Positions 29,470 through 42,769 of a DNA stretch of 64,000 nucleotides are shown here, piece after piece. Made by a program: the position numbers and the translations under genes. Source of the stretch: Escherichia phage vB_EcoM_G2285; sequence record MK327933.1; one strand, 5' to 3'. The notes beneath the pieces are model-generated. The model was given only the letters and a program-made list of their open reading frames with translations, made no database searches and had not been told where the DNA came from. The stretch's first letter is position 1. Each line of letters begins with the position of its first letter.

Positions 29470-29520
29470 ATTTCCTCATTTGTTGGTAGAGTTATAGTAT
29501 CACAACTCCACCATGTTGTA
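29470..29520 (-). promoter_or_regulatory. T4 early-type promoter
   Basis: Minus strand GTTTACAACATGG...TGATACTAT. Confidence 0.5.
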
Positions 29521-29525
29521 AACCA

Positions 29526-29807
29526 TTAAATTGCTTTGCATTCAATTTTTTGTGTACCGAAATTGATATCACATTGGATAACTAAATCGCCGTCAAGATC
29601 AAATACCACGATGACGTGTGCAGACCCAGGGAGAAGAGTAATAGCAATAGAATCTACTTGGTCTGGGAGCAAAGCATTGAGTACATGAGTTAGTTGAGCA
29701 TGAACTCTGAGTTCGGCCGCATTATCAAGCACTTCAAACATATTATTAGCAATAATCTGACTGAAGACTACCTTTACAATTTCAGAATAAGTAGGGAACA
29801 GTTTCAT
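29526..29807 (-). CDS. Hypothetical protein
   Basis: 93-aa ORF. Confidence 0.45.
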   Translation of the reverse strand: MKLFPTYSEIVKVVFSQIIANNMFEVLDNAAELRVHAQLTHVLNALLPDQVDSIAITLLPGSAHVIVVFDLDGDLVIQCDINFGTQKIECKAI

Positions 29808-29814
29808 AATTACC

Positions 29815-30039
29815 TCAGTGTACAGTATTTACTTTAACTCGAACAACAAATCGCTCGGTTGGTTCACCTACAGGAACAAACTCTACATGATATTCGCCTT
29901 TGTAACGAGTATTCAGGTCGTTACGAATTTCGGTAAGCTTGTTGATTAATGTAGAACTCATATTAAGTCCCACTAGTTTACGAAGCATTTTGTATGCTTC
30001 ATCTTCGATTTCATGATGTTTATCGTACATAGTTTTCAT
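29815..30039 (-). CDS. Hypothetical protein
   Basis: 74-aa ORF. Confidence 0.45.
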   Translation of the reverse strand: MKTMYDKHHEIEDEAYKMLRKLVGLNMSSTLINKLTEIRNDLNTRYKGEYHVEFVPVGEPTERFVVRVKVNTVH

Positions 30040-30211
30040 TTAACCATTCAATTGCCTGGTCGACGTTATCAAATATACCGCCGTCCAAACGTTCTTCATG
30101 CTCATAGTCCAGCACATCAATACCGAACTGTCCATTTACTAAAGGCCAGGCAACAAACAAATATTCTTTATGCTGTTCGATGGCCTCAATCACTTCATAT
30201 AATCGTTTCAT
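30020..30211 (-). CDS. Hypothetical acidic protein
   Basis: 63-aa ORF coupled to pseT. Confidence 0.45.
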   Translation of the reverse strand: MKRLYEVIEAIEQHKEYLFVAWPLVNGQFGIDVLDYEHEERLDGGIFDNVDQAIEWLNENYVR

Positions 30212-31298
<1,087 letters not shown>

Positions 31299-31299
<1 letters not shown>

Positions 31300-31598
31300 T
31301 ATTTTATTCCTAAGAAAGTTTCAAGAATACGAATGTTATGCTCGCGCCGGTCTTTATTAATTTCAGCAACGTTTTTATTAATTGACGTACTTCTAACGTT
31401 TGAAGAAATAAATTTAATCATATGACTTTTGAGTTGTTGCAAATCCAACCCTTTTTCTTTAGCAGCTTTACGAAGAGCTTTACCTGCTTCATCTAGTGCC
31501 TTTGCTGCATCTTTGTCATAATTGACAAGTGACATTCCACGGCAGATATCAATATACTCATCAGACCGTTTGATGTAATTCTCTAGTAATGTTTTCAT
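31299..31598 (-). CDS. Hypothetical protein
   Basis: 99-aa ORF below an early promoter. Confidence 0.45.
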
Positions 31599-31604
31599 TT
31601 AGAT

Positions 31605-31660
31605 TTCCTCAATTATCCATAGGAGCATTATACTCTGCTCCCGAGAGTTTGTAAACTATT
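31605..31660 (-). promoter_or_regulatory. T4 early-type promoter; near-identical copy at about 61410-61470
   Basis: gcattatactctgctc...agagtttgta shared by both copies. Confidence 0.5.
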
Positions 31661-31880
31661 TTACTAAAGATTCAATATACTCATGAAGAGCTTTAGTCGC
31701 TACTGCCCACTTATTCTGATATTCATTTTTCAGATTAGCACGAGACTGAACTAACAAGCGGTCATTAGTCGGAGGCAAAGATTCTAATCGTTGAATCTGT
31801 CGCCCATAAATCATAGCCGCCATTTCAGATTCATAGATAAGCCCTTTAACGTGTTCAAGCTGTTCTTTAGTCATTGGCAT
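31656..31880 (-). CDS. Hypothetical protein (pseT.1 position)
   Basis: 74-aa ORF. Confidence 0.45.
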   Translation of the reverse strand: MPMTKEQLEHVKGLIYESEMAAMIYGRQIQRLESLPPTNDRLLVQSRANLKNEYQNKWAVATKALHEYIESLVK

Positions 31881-32161
31881 TTTTCCTCTTTTAAACCACT
31901 ACGATAATAACATAACATAGTCTTCTGGTCATGTACATATCTTTTTACGTCGTTTAACCAGATACGAAATTCTTGAGAGTCTTCAAATGGCATTCCAACC
32001 CACGGATTACCATCAATAACCTTTACTTGCCATTTCTGGTTGTATTCGGAAATAGGCGTAGGCCATGAAGGATGTAAAGTTTCTTTAGGGCTTACTGGCA
32101 CATCCTGAGTACATCCAACTAGGAGACCAATAGATAATACAACTGCGGTTAATTTAATCAT
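31871..32161 (-). CDS. pseT.2: Outer-membrane spanin (o-spanin, lipoprotein)
   Basis: Signal peptide with lipobox LLVGC; adjacent to i-spanin; T4 assignment from memory. Confidence 0.6.
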   Translation of the reverse strand: MIKLTAVVLSIGLLVGCTQDVPVSPKETLHPSWPTPISEYNQKWQVKVIDGNPWVGMPFEDSQEFRIWLNDVKRYVHDQKTMLCYYRSGLKEEKCQ

Positions 32162-32514
32162 TCTGAGAGCTTCCTGAGGTCTTCTGCAAAGGAATCGAAG
32201 GACCTGTTGATTTGTTTTTCAACCAATCCTGGTTTACTTGCCACCACGTTCTTCTTCTTCGAATCCTTACGGAGCTTTTCATTTTCGGCCTTAAGTTGGT
32301 CAACTAAAACACGGTTCTTATAAGTCATTTCTTCGATTGACTGATATTGAACCTTGAAGTCGTCTAATACTTTAGCATTGTTTTTAGCAGTCTCTTTAAC
32401 AGAAGCCAATTCAGTATTCAGCGAATCGACTTTATGGTTCAGAAATGCTATTGTTACAGTAGCAACAACCGCAAAAGCTGCCACTACAATATATGATGCA
32501 TTTACTTTAAGCAT
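32158..32514 (-). CDS. pseT.3: Inner-membrane spanin (i-spanin)
   Basis: N-terminal TM helix then coiled-coil region. Confidence 0.6.
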   Translation of the reverse strand: MLKVNASYIVVAAFAVVATVTIAFLNHKVDSLNTELASVKETAKNNAKVLDDFKVQYQSIEEMTYKNRVLVDQLKAENEKLRKDSKKKNVVASKPGLVEKQINRSFDSFAEDLRKLSE

Positions 32515-33002
32515 GTTTGAATAATCTCAATGATTTCGTCTCGGGATAATCCATTGATAAGAACGGTTTTCAAACCATCACACTGGATTTTGTACGATTC
32601 AAACAATACACACAACTCTTCTGCTGTATGATACGGACTTGAAATTCCGAGGCGGTTGAATTTGTCGGTAAGAGGGTCGCAAATAATGTAGAATTTTATA
32701 CCTGCGATATGTACGTTTGGTTGACTAATATTAATGAACACATTAGCGTCATATTTAGTCAAATTGTTTTGAAGAAATTCTACCATGGCATTAACTGCTT
32801 CCGGCATAGCTTCGCGTTTCTCTTCAGCGTATCGGGTGGAATACTCTTTTTGTTTTACTTTCTTTTTAAGATTTTTGGCCAGTGTAACACGTAGGTCAGT
32901 AAGATAACCAACTGCACGTCCTTTCTTAAAGACCCGGATTCCGTCAGTTGTGTCTCCAAAAGCGGTTACGACCATATCGTTAGTAATCAATTGCATATTC
33001 AT
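32502..33002 (-). CDS. alc: Alc, inhibitor of host transcription (start refined to ATG 33002; track start 33065 over-extended)
   Basis: Internal ATG with GAGGAG RBS gives 166 aa (T4 Alc 167); early promoter occupies 33003-33064. Confidence 0.6.
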   Translation of the reverse strand: MNMQLITNDMVVTAFGDTTDGIRVFKKGRAVGYLTDLRVTLAKNLKKKVKQKEYSTRYAEEKREAMPEAVNAMVEFLQNNLTKYDANVFINISQPNVHIAGIKFYIICDPLTDKFNRLGISSPYHTAEELCVLFESYKIQCDGLKTVLINGLSRDEIIEIIQTCLK

Positions 33003-33064
33003 AATTTTCTCCTCGTGTTGTTGATAAAAGCCATAGTAACACCATCCTTGGTGTTTGTAAACCA
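33003..33064 (-). promoter_or_regulatory. T4 early-type promoter upstream of alc
   Basis: Minus strand GTTTACAAACACCAAGGATGGTGTTACTAT. Confidence 0.5.
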
Positions 33065-34198
<1,134 letters not shown>

Positions 34199-34245
34199 TC
34201 AGTTAGTTTTTTTTAAATTGTACCACAATCCTTGTGGTATGTAAA

Positions 34246-34656
34246 CTACTTTTTCTTATGTTGGATATTCCAAGGCGGGTTGAACTTTTTGATAAAAAGC
34301 GGTTCTTCAAGGTCCATTGTTGCGATGGTCATTGAACCAAGTTCGTTGGTGACTGAAAGGTCAAAACATTGGCGGGCCCAGAATTCAACCTTTTTGCCTT
34401 GCATTAAGGCATCCAAAATCATAAGTGATTTTCTTGAATCTGAAGTCTGGTCTTTTCGATTTATGGCTGTTCGATAATAGTTAATGCGTTTCTTTAAATT
34501 CTTGGTTTTACCAATATACACAAGTTCGTCATCTATAGCAATAGCATATATGACATTTTTCTTATTAGGGACATCGACTGTTTTAATTGTTGCATCTTCT
34601 AATAGCTCCAATTCCGTATATTTAATAAAGGAATATTCGGCGGCGATATCTTTCAT
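34246..34656 (-). CDS. denA: Endonuclease II
   Basis: 136 aa (T4 DenA 136); GIY-YIG-like YAIAIDDELVYIGKT. Confidence 0.8.
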   Translation of the reverse strand: MKDIAAEYSFIKYTELELLEDATIKTVDVPNKKNVIYAIAIDDELVYIGKTKNLKKRINYYRTAINRKDQTSDSRKSLMILDALMQGKKVEFWARQCFDLSVTNELGSMTIATMDLEEPLFIKKFNPPWNIQHKKK

Positions 34657-34664
34657 AATAAAGT

Positions 34665-34679
34665 GGGACCGAAGTCCCG
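34665..34679 (-). terminator. Hairpin (gggac-cgaa-gtccc) between nrdB and denA
   Basis: Perfect stem with CGAA loop. Confidence 0.5.
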
Positions 34680-34682
34680 TCC

Positions 34683-35185
34683 TTAGAAATATTTTTTGTA
34701 CGAATTGATTACATTTTGGTCTACATCATTATCAATTTGTGCGACAAGATAAGAACTGATTTCAACTTCTTGTGGGGCTGCTTGAACCAAATCAGAGTTC
34801 AAATACTCACGAATCCATGGAATAGGATGACGAGTTGATACGTCTTTAAGAGGACATGGCAGACCACAACTACGCATACGAGACACGGTAAGATAATCCA
34901 CAAATTCACTTAGGATTTTAACATTTAGACCTGGAAGAGCACCATCTTTAAACAAGTGTTCAGCCCATTCTTTTTCTTGAGCGTTAACTTCCATGAAAAT
35001 ATCAACTGCTTCTTGTTCACACTCTTGAGCAATTTTGACCCATTCATCACCGTCTTCGCCATCTTGTAAAGCACGAATAATATATTGAGTGCCCTTGAGG
35101 TGGAGCTGTTCATCACGAGCAATGAACTTCATAATCTTGGCATTACCTTCCATGATTTCCATATTCTTGTGGAAGTTAAAGGTAC
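34683..35185 (-). CDS. nrdB: Ribonucleotide reductase small subunit NrdB, exon 2 (track start 35216 is an artefactual TTG)
   Basis: R2 motifs MEGNAKI and IARDE; junction placed by conservation so the Cys codon is split T|GT. Confidence 0.8.
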
Positions 35186-36274
35186 CGTATGTTCGATTGA
35201 GCTCGCTAATTCTCAACCCGTTCTCTTATGAACTGCTGCATGTTACCATGCAGTCCAGACTATATCACAATCCCGGAGGGATTCTCCCCATTTCGAGTCG
35301 CTTGACCCTACGTCCGAAGACTAGTCGTTGAACCTTGTTTTGCAATTGTCGCCGTGCCATCGTTTATATGTTGATGGTGATAAATCTTTCTTATCACAAT
35401 ATGGACAATTCAATTGAATTCTATTTGGATTTAATTTACATCTGTCATTATGTTTTAGATAAAATCCAGGACCTTTACCAATGTGACCACAGAAATCACA
35501 TGTGATTTCTTTTTGTGCAGGATGGGTCCCGTTCTTAACCATTTCTAATGTTTTTGCTGATGTTCTTTTCTTATGGTCTTCTGATAAGAAATGATGTGAA
35601 CCGTCATTTACCCGTTTTGATTGAGTTTCTGACTGCATTTTACCACCGCAAAATACATGAGTACCTTCTTTTATAGCTGCAATATTGCGTTCTTTAACTT
35701 TTGCAATATGCTCAGCTTGTTGAAAATTATGTATACCTAATGCAACTCTATTTAAATTAGATTTACGCTGTATTTCACCATCTAAAAGATGAAATGTACC
35801 ATTTTCTATCTTAGATTTAATAGAGGCAATATTTTTAGCTCGTACTTCAGGGATATTAAAAATCTGGATTTCTCTAGATTTTGCGGCTTTAGAAGCTAAT
35901 TCAGAAATTTCTTCAGGAGAATATTTCATTCTAAGCTTTATAGCATGACAAGCCTGGTAATCTTTTTGAGCTAAATGTATATCATAATGTTCCTGTATAG
36001 AAAGGCACATCAAATTATCTAAATCATTATTTTCACGGTTACCGTCTTTATGATGCATTTCGTATGTTCTTCCATCAGAATCTTTAGGTATAGGTCCGTT
36101 AGCATCTATCCAAATTTTTCTATAGTTCAATTGTGCATCCTCTTAAAAGTATAATCATATTTATATTATACTAATTAAAGGTGCAAGCAAAACCTTGGCT
36201 GCTAGTTTTCCATAAAGGACTTTCCAGCAATTAAAGGAGTTTTCGATAAACGTTACCGTTTAAAGGCGCATTTT
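35186..36274 (-). mobile_element. Group I intron in nrdB (about 1089 nt) containing an intact homing-endonuclease ORF
   Basis: Exon 1 reading frame hits TAA right after the inferred 5' splice site; 3' region shares catgtcaccatgcag/cagactata/tttcgagtc/cttgaccc blocks with the td intron; ends in G. Confidence 0.75.
35321..36130 (-). CDS. I-TevIII: HNH homing endonuclease I-TevIII (full length, 269 aa); start codon here reads TTG
   Basis: HNH motif HHKDGNRENNDLDNLMCLSIQEHYDIH and C-terminal cysteine clusters; lies inside the nrdB intron. Confidence 0.8.
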   Translation of the reverse strand: MNYRKIWIDANGPIPKDSDGRTYEMHHKDGNRENNDLDNLMCLSIQEHYDIHLAQKDYQACHAIKLRMKYSPEEISELASKAAKSREIQIFNIPEVRAKNIASIKSKIENGTFHLLDGEIQRKSNLNRVALGIHNFQQAEHIAKVKERNIAAIKEGTHVFCGGKMQSETQSKRVNDGSHHFLSEDHKKRTSAKTLEMVKNGTHPAQKEITCDFCGHIGKGPGFYLKHNDRCKLNPNRIQLNCPYCDKKDLSPSTYKRWHGDNCKTRFND

Positions 36275-36950
36275 ACGCAAAAGATACATAAAAACGAATA
36301 GCTTCCAATGCGTTGATTACATGGAGGCAAAGGTAAAGAGATTTCATTAAAGCACGTTTAGCTTCGGCTTCTTGTTTAATAGCTCGGTTTAAACGAAAGA
36401 CGGCATCAGGAGATTCTTTAGCTAGTTCTACAAATTCTTTAGCGTTTTCCCAATAACGAGCTTTAACCAGAACATCATCATAATATCGTCCGATAGATTC
36501 GGCACGCTTCATAATAGCTTCATCTAATACAATCTCATCAAACACCTTCGATGGATCTGTATAAAGATTTCGCATAATATGAGTATATGAACGAGAGTGA
36601 ATAGTTTCACTGAAAGTCCATGTAGCAACCCATGTATCTAATGAAGGGTCTGAAAGCAATGACATAAGTACCGCAGATGGTGCTCTACCTTGGATAGAAT
36701 CTAATAATGATTGATACTTAAGGTTGTTGGTAAAGATGTCCTGTTGGAACTGTGGAAGCTTATTAAACTGGGCCGAATCCAACATCAAGTTTACTTCCTC
36801 GGGACGCCAAAAGAACGAGAGCTGCCGCTCAATGAGTTCTTCAAATACTCGATGTCGTTGAATATCATATCGAGCTAAACCTAATCCAGAACCAAAGAAC
36901 ATCGGTTCATTCAAAACATTGACTTGTTGTGTGTTAAAAACTGTACTCAT
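36275..36950 (-). CDS. nrdB: Ribonucleotide reductase small subunit NrdB, exon 1
   Basis: 225 codons ending ...EAIRFYVSFA, conserved R2 iron-centre region. Confidence 0.8.
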
Positions 36951-37003
36951 TATATTTTCTCACTTAGTTTAACTCATCCATGAGTAAATTATAATCAAAA
37001 GTC

Positions 37004-39259
37004 TTAAAGCTTACAAGCAGAACAATCTTCTGCTTTAGGTGTTTCTAATTCATAGTCGTCTGTACCAGACCCATCACGAGTGTTATGATAGTAGAGGTTT
37101 TTTCCGCCAAAGTACCAGAAGTAAAGCAGATCGTCAAGCATTACTGACATTGGCACTTTACCTTTCTCAAATACTGCAGGGTCATAGTAAGTATTAGCAG
37201 AAGCAGATTGACACACCCATTTCAACATGATAGCAACTTGGGTCAAATAAGGTTTATTACCTTTCTTAGCAAGTTTCCACGCATAGTCGTAAAGACTCAT
37301 GTTATGTTCGATATTAGGAACAACCTGACGGAAGTTGCCTTCTTTAGATTCTTTAATACTTACTGGACCACGTGGTGGCTCAATCCCATTTGTAGAGTTA
37401 GATACTTGACTGCTTGACTCACAAGGCATGAGTGCAGACAACGTTGAGTTACGAATTCCATGTTCTTTGAGTTCAGCTCGAAGTTCTTCCCAATCACATA
37501 CGTAGTTCGGGGCTGCGATTTGGTCAATCTTTTTATTGTACCAGTCGATAGGTAATTCGCCTCTAGACCATTTAGTGTCTGAATAATACTCGCAACATCC
37601 TTTTTCTTTGGCGAGTTTGATTGATGCTTTGATAAGGCCATATTGCAATCTCTCAAACAATTCATGAGTCAAATCGTTAGCGTCTTCATATGAAGCAAAG
37701 TTAGAAGCTAACCATGCAGCATAGTTCGTAACACCAACACCAAGATTACGACGCTTTTTGGCTTTTAAAGCTTCTGGAACCGGATAATCTTGATAGTCTA
37801 ACAGGTTATCAAGTGCACGTACTTGTACTTCAGCAAGTTCATTAATTTTATCTTGGTCTTGCCAATCAAATTTATCTAATACAAAGGCAGAAAGAGTACA
37901 GAGGCCCACTTCAGCATCAGGACCATTCACATCATTAGTTGGAATAGCGATTTCACAACATAAGTTACTCTGTCGAATTGGAGCTTTTTCACGAATAAAT
38001 GGAGTGTAGTTATTCGTGTTATCAACAAACTGTGGATAAATTCGAGCAGTACCAGAACGTTCAGTCATGAACAATTCAAAGAGTTCTAGTGCTTTGATTC
38101 TTTTCTTTCTGATTGTTGGGTCTTTTTCAGCTTTCTCATAAAGCTCACGGAATTTATCTTGATCTTCAAAGAATGAGTAATATAGTTCGCCTGACATTTC
38201 GTGAGGGCTAAATAAAGTAATATAATCATTTTTACCAAGGCGTTCCATCATGAGGTCATTAATCTGAATTCCGTAGTCCATATGTCGAATACGGTTTTCA
38301 TCCACGCCTTTGTTATTTTTCAGAACTAATAGGTTCTCTACTTCTAAGTGCCACATCGGATAATACGCTGTAGCAGCACCACCACGAATACCACCTTGAG
38401 AACAAGATTTTACTGCAGTTTGGAAATGTTTCCAGAATGGAATAACACCCGTATGTCGAACTTCACCCATACCGATCTTAGAACCTTCTGCACGAAGCAT
38501 ACCAACGTTGATACCAATACCAGCTCGTTTAGAAATATATTCAATAATTGATGCTGAAGTTTTGTTAATAGATTTTAACGAATCACCGGCTTCAATAACT
38601 ACACAACTAGAGAACTGGCGAGTCGGAGTACGAGCACCTGCCATAATTGGGGTTGGCAATGAAACTTGATGAGTAGAAACGGCATCATAAAAACGAATAA
38701 TATGTTTCAAACGGTCATGAGTTTCGTCTTGGTGTAAGGCCATGCCAATAGCCATGATAGCAAACTGTGGAGTTTCATAAATCTTCCCAGTTGTTTTATC
38801 TTTAACTAGATATTTTTCTTTAAGCTGCATAGCACCAGCATAAGTCAGGTCAAAGTCTCGTTCATGTTTAATCTGTGAATCGAGATAAATGATTTCTTCT
38901 GCAGAATATCTAGACAACAACTCAGGATCGTATTTGCCTTCATTAACACAATACGAGATATGGTCGATAAAAGCAGGCGGTTCAAACTGCCCATATACAT
39001 CTTTACGAAGTGCAAACATTAGCCCTTTGGCGGCGACATACTGATAATCAGGTTCTTCGACAGAAATCGAGTTAGCTGCAACTTTAATACAAATCTTCTG
39101 GATATCTTTGGTGCTCATCCCGTCGACAAGATGGGTCTTAATTTCTTCGTACAATTCATATGGGTCAATTTGTGTTCCTTCACATTGCCAAGTTAAGACT
39201 TGAATAATTTTCTGTGCATCAAAATTTTGGGATACACCACTGCTCTTAGTTACTTGCAT
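37004..39259 (-). CDS. nrdA: Ribonucleotide reductase large subunit NrdA
   Basis: 751 aa (T4 NrdA 754); N-terminal ATP-cone and class I catalytic motifs. Confidence 0.9.
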   Translation of the reverse strand: MQVTKSSGVSQNFDAQKIIQVLTWQCEGTQIDPYELYEEIKTHLVDGMSTKDIQKICIKVAANSISVEEPDYQYVAAKGLMFALRKDVYGQFEPPAFIDHISYCVNEGKYDPELLSRYSAEEIIYLDSQIKHERDFDLTYAGAMQLKEKYLVKDKTTGKIYETPQFAIMAIGMALHQDETHDRLKHIIRFYDAVSTHQVSLPTPIMAGARTPTRQFSSCVVIEAGDSLKSINKTSASIIEYISKRAGIGINVGMLRAEGSKIGMGEVRHTGVIPFWKHFQTAVKSCSQGGIRGGAATAYYPMWHLEVENLLVLKNNKGVDENRIRHMDYGIQINDLMMERLGKNDYITLFSPHEMSGELYYSFFEDQDKFRELYEKAEKDPTIRKKRIKALELFELFMTERSGTARIYPQFVDNTNNYTPFIREKAPIRQSNLCCEIAIPTNDVNGPDAEVGLCTLSAFVLDKFDWQDQDKINELAEVQVRALDNLLDYQDYPVPEALKAKKRRNLGVGVTNYAAWLASNFASYEDANDLTHELFERLQYGLIKASIKLAKEKGCCEYYSDTKWSRGELPIDWYNKKIDQIAAPNYVCDWEELRAELKEHGIRNSTLSALMPCESSSQVSNSTNGIEPPRGPVSIKESKEGNFRQVVPNIEHNMSLYDYAWKLAKKGNKPYLTQVAIMLKWVCQSASANTYYDPAVFEKGKVPMSVMLDDLLYFWYFGGKNLYYHNTRDGSGTDDYELETPKAEDCSACKL

Positions 39260-39346
39260 ATATTCCTCAGTATAGGTTGATAGACATTACTCCAAACGGG
39301 ATAGTATTTATCCCGTTAATTTATTATACACTTTTAAACTGAAGCG

Positions 39347-39601
39347 TTAATTATCCACAGCAATAATTTCTTCATATTCTTTAGGTGTCAAGACTGTGAT
39401 ATCAAAATAAACCAACGGTTCTTTTTCTATACCGAATCCACCACAGAATTCACGATATTCGTAAATTCGTTCATGTGAATAACAAATGAATCGTTCACCT
39501 TTAACTGTGATTTCACTATTTGGTGAAGGGATATCTAGTTCGGTAGGATTTTTCATTTCAAAAATTGTGGTGCCATATGAATTAATAAAACGTAAAATCA
39601 T
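39347..39601 (-). CDS. Hypothetical protein (nrdA.1-like position)
   Basis: 84-aa ORF between td exon 2 and nrdA. Confidence 0.45.
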   Translation of the reverse strand: MILRFINSYGTTIFEMKNPTELDIPSPNSEITVKGERFICYSHERIYEYREFCGGFGIEKEPLVYFDITVLTPKEYEEIIAVDN

Positions 39602-39913
39602 TTATACCGCCATTTTAGCTTTGATAGTTGGATGAGATTCGTAATTTTTAAGAACGAAATCAGAATGTGTCATCGTTCCAGTAACCCAGTCCATTTGGAT
39701 TTTTGTAGGCCAATTCTCAAAATTACTAGGCCAATTAATTTCAAGAGAACATAACTCTTTAGGTTCACGACGAAGAACTTCTTTGCATTGTTCTACATGA
39801 TTGCTGTAGATATGCGTATTGCCGCCTGAGAACACTAAATCACCTGGGATAAGGTTACACATCTTCGCTACAATATGAACTAACGTAGCATATGATGCAA
39901 TATTAAATGGAAG
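39602..39913 (-). CDS. td: Thymidylate synthase, exon 2 (the track's initial M is the intron's terminal AUG)
   Basis: Begins LPFNIASY...; 103 codons; junction matches T4 td splice site (...CAUAAUG|CU...). Confidence 0.85.
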   Translation of the reverse strand, partial: LPFNIASYATLVHIVAKMCNLIPGDLVFSGGNTHIYSNHVEQCKEVLRREPKELCSLEINWPSNFENWPTKIQMDWVTGTMTHSDFVLKNYESHPTIKAKMAV

Positions 39914-40929
39914 CATTATGTTCAGATAAGGTCGTTAATCTTACCCCGGAATTATATCCAGCTGCATGTCACCATGCAGATCAGACTATATCTCCAACTT
40001 GTTAAAGCAAGTTGTCTATCGTTTCGAGTCACTTGACCCTACTCCCCAAAGGGATAGTCGTTAGGCATTTATGTAGAACCAATTCCATTTATCAGATTTT
40101 ACACGATAAGTAACTAATCCAGACGAAATTTTAAAATGTCTAGCTGCATCTGCTGCACAATCAAAAATAACCCCATCACATGAAATCTTTTTAATATTAC
40201 TAGGCTTTTTACCTTTCATCTTTTCTGATATTTTAGATTTAGTTATGTCTGAATGCTTATGATTAAAGAATGAATTATTTTCACCTGAACGATTTCTGCA
40301 TTTACTACAAGTATAAGCAGAAGTTTGTATGCGAACACCGCACTTACAAAACTTATGGGTTTCTGGATTCCAACGCCCGTTTTTACTTCCGGGTTTACTG
40401 TAAAGAGCTTTCCGACCATCAGGTCCAAGTTTAAGCATCTTAGCTTTAACAGTTTCAGAACGTTTCTTAATAATTTCTTCTTTTAATGGATGCGTAGAAC
40501 ATGTATCACCAAACGTTGCATCAGCAATATTGTATCCATTAATTTTAGAATTAAGCTCTTTAATCCAAAAATTTTCTCGTTCAATAATCAAATCTTTCTC
40601 ATATGGAATTTCTTCCAAAATAGAACATTCAAACACATTACCATGTTTGTTAAAAGACCTCTGAAGCTTTATAGAAGAATGGCATCCTTTTTCTAAATCT
40701 TTAAAATGCCTCTTCCATCTCTTTTCAAAATCTTTAGCACTTCCTACATATACTTTATTGTTTAAAGTATTTTTAATCTGATAAATTCCGCTTTTCATAA
40801 ATACCTCTTTAAATATAGAAGTATTTATTAAAGGGCAGTCCTACAATTTAGCACGGGATTGTCTACTAGAGAGGTTCCCCGTTTAGATAGATTACAAGTA
40901 TAAGTCACCTTATACTCAGGCCTCAATTA
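39914..40929 (-). mobile_element. td group I intron (1016 nt) carrying I-TevI
   Basis: Starts UAAUUGAGGCCUGAGUAUAAGG on the minus strand right after exon 1 ...TTCTTGGGT; length equals the T4 td intron. Confidence 0.85.
40061..40798 (-). CDS. I-TevI: GIY-YIG homing endonuclease I-TevI
   Basis: 245 aa; N-terminal GIYQIKNTLNNKVYVGSAKDFEKRW; reads as T4 I-TevI. Confidence 0.9.
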   Translation of the reverse strand: MKSGIYQIKNTLNNKVYVGSAKDFEKRWKRHFKDLEKGCHSSIKLQRSFNKHGNVFECSILEEIPYEKDLIIERENFWIKELNSKINGYNIADATFGDTCSTHPLKEEIIKKRSETVKAKMLKLGPDGRKALYSKPGSKNGRWNPETHKFCKCGVRIQTSAYTCSKCRNRSGENNSFFNHKHSDITKSKISEKMKGKKPSNIKKISCDGVIFDCAADAARHFKISSGLVTYRVKSDKWNWFYINA

Positions 40930-42328
<1,399 letters not shown>

Positions 42329-42374
42329 TTTTATTTGATAGGGCTACTATAACATAACCCTATCTGATTGTACA

Positions 42375-42767
42375 CTACTTTTTAAAAGTTTTTTGCAAAA
42401 GTTTGATGATTTCGTCGACGTTGGTTTCATCTACAATACAATGGATTTTTGTTACACCTAAAGTTATACCTTCGTTAGTAGGTTGAGGCTTTACTAAATC
42501 TACCTCAGTAAAGTATTTGAACTCGTCAGGATAAATCTCAAAATAAGTTTCAATTTCACCACCGGCAGAACATACCGTACCATCTTCCATAGTTACACTT
42601 ACTACGTTTGACGTATCGCTATCATAATCAGGTTCCATTCCGTTTACAACAAAACTAGGCCCGTGGAGTTCAATCAATTTTAACATCTTAGCGTTATTAT
42701 GTGGTGCTTCTTGAACAAAGTCGTCTTTAAATATAAGATTTTCCGATTTCCATTTTGATTTCCTCAT
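42375..42767 (-). CDS. Hypothetical protein (frd.2 position)
   Basis: 130-aa ORF below an early promoter. Confidence 0.45.
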   Translation of the reverse strand: MRKSKWKSENLIFKDDFVQEAPHNNAKMLKLIELHGPSFVVNGMEPDYDSDTSNVVSVTMEDGTVCSAGGEIETYFEIYPDEFKYFTEVDLVKPQPTNEGITLGVTKIHCIVDETNVDEIIKLLQKTFKK

Positions 42768-42769
42768 GT

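Noticed and set aside
34683-35216. Track ORF starts assigned M on non-ATG codons (nrdB exon 2 at 35216, I-TevIII at 36130, ORF below alt at 20096)
   Set aside because: The codons are TTG read as M by the ORF caller. For nrdB exon 2 the true 5' boundary is the 3' splice site at 35185; for the ORF below alt the ATG at 20024 with an RBS is more plausible, because an early promoter occupies the extension.
39914-39916. ATG treated as the start of a separate 104-aa gene (track ORF 39602-39916)
   Set aside because: This AUG is the last three bases of the td intron; the ORF is td exon 2 and is expressed only after splicing.
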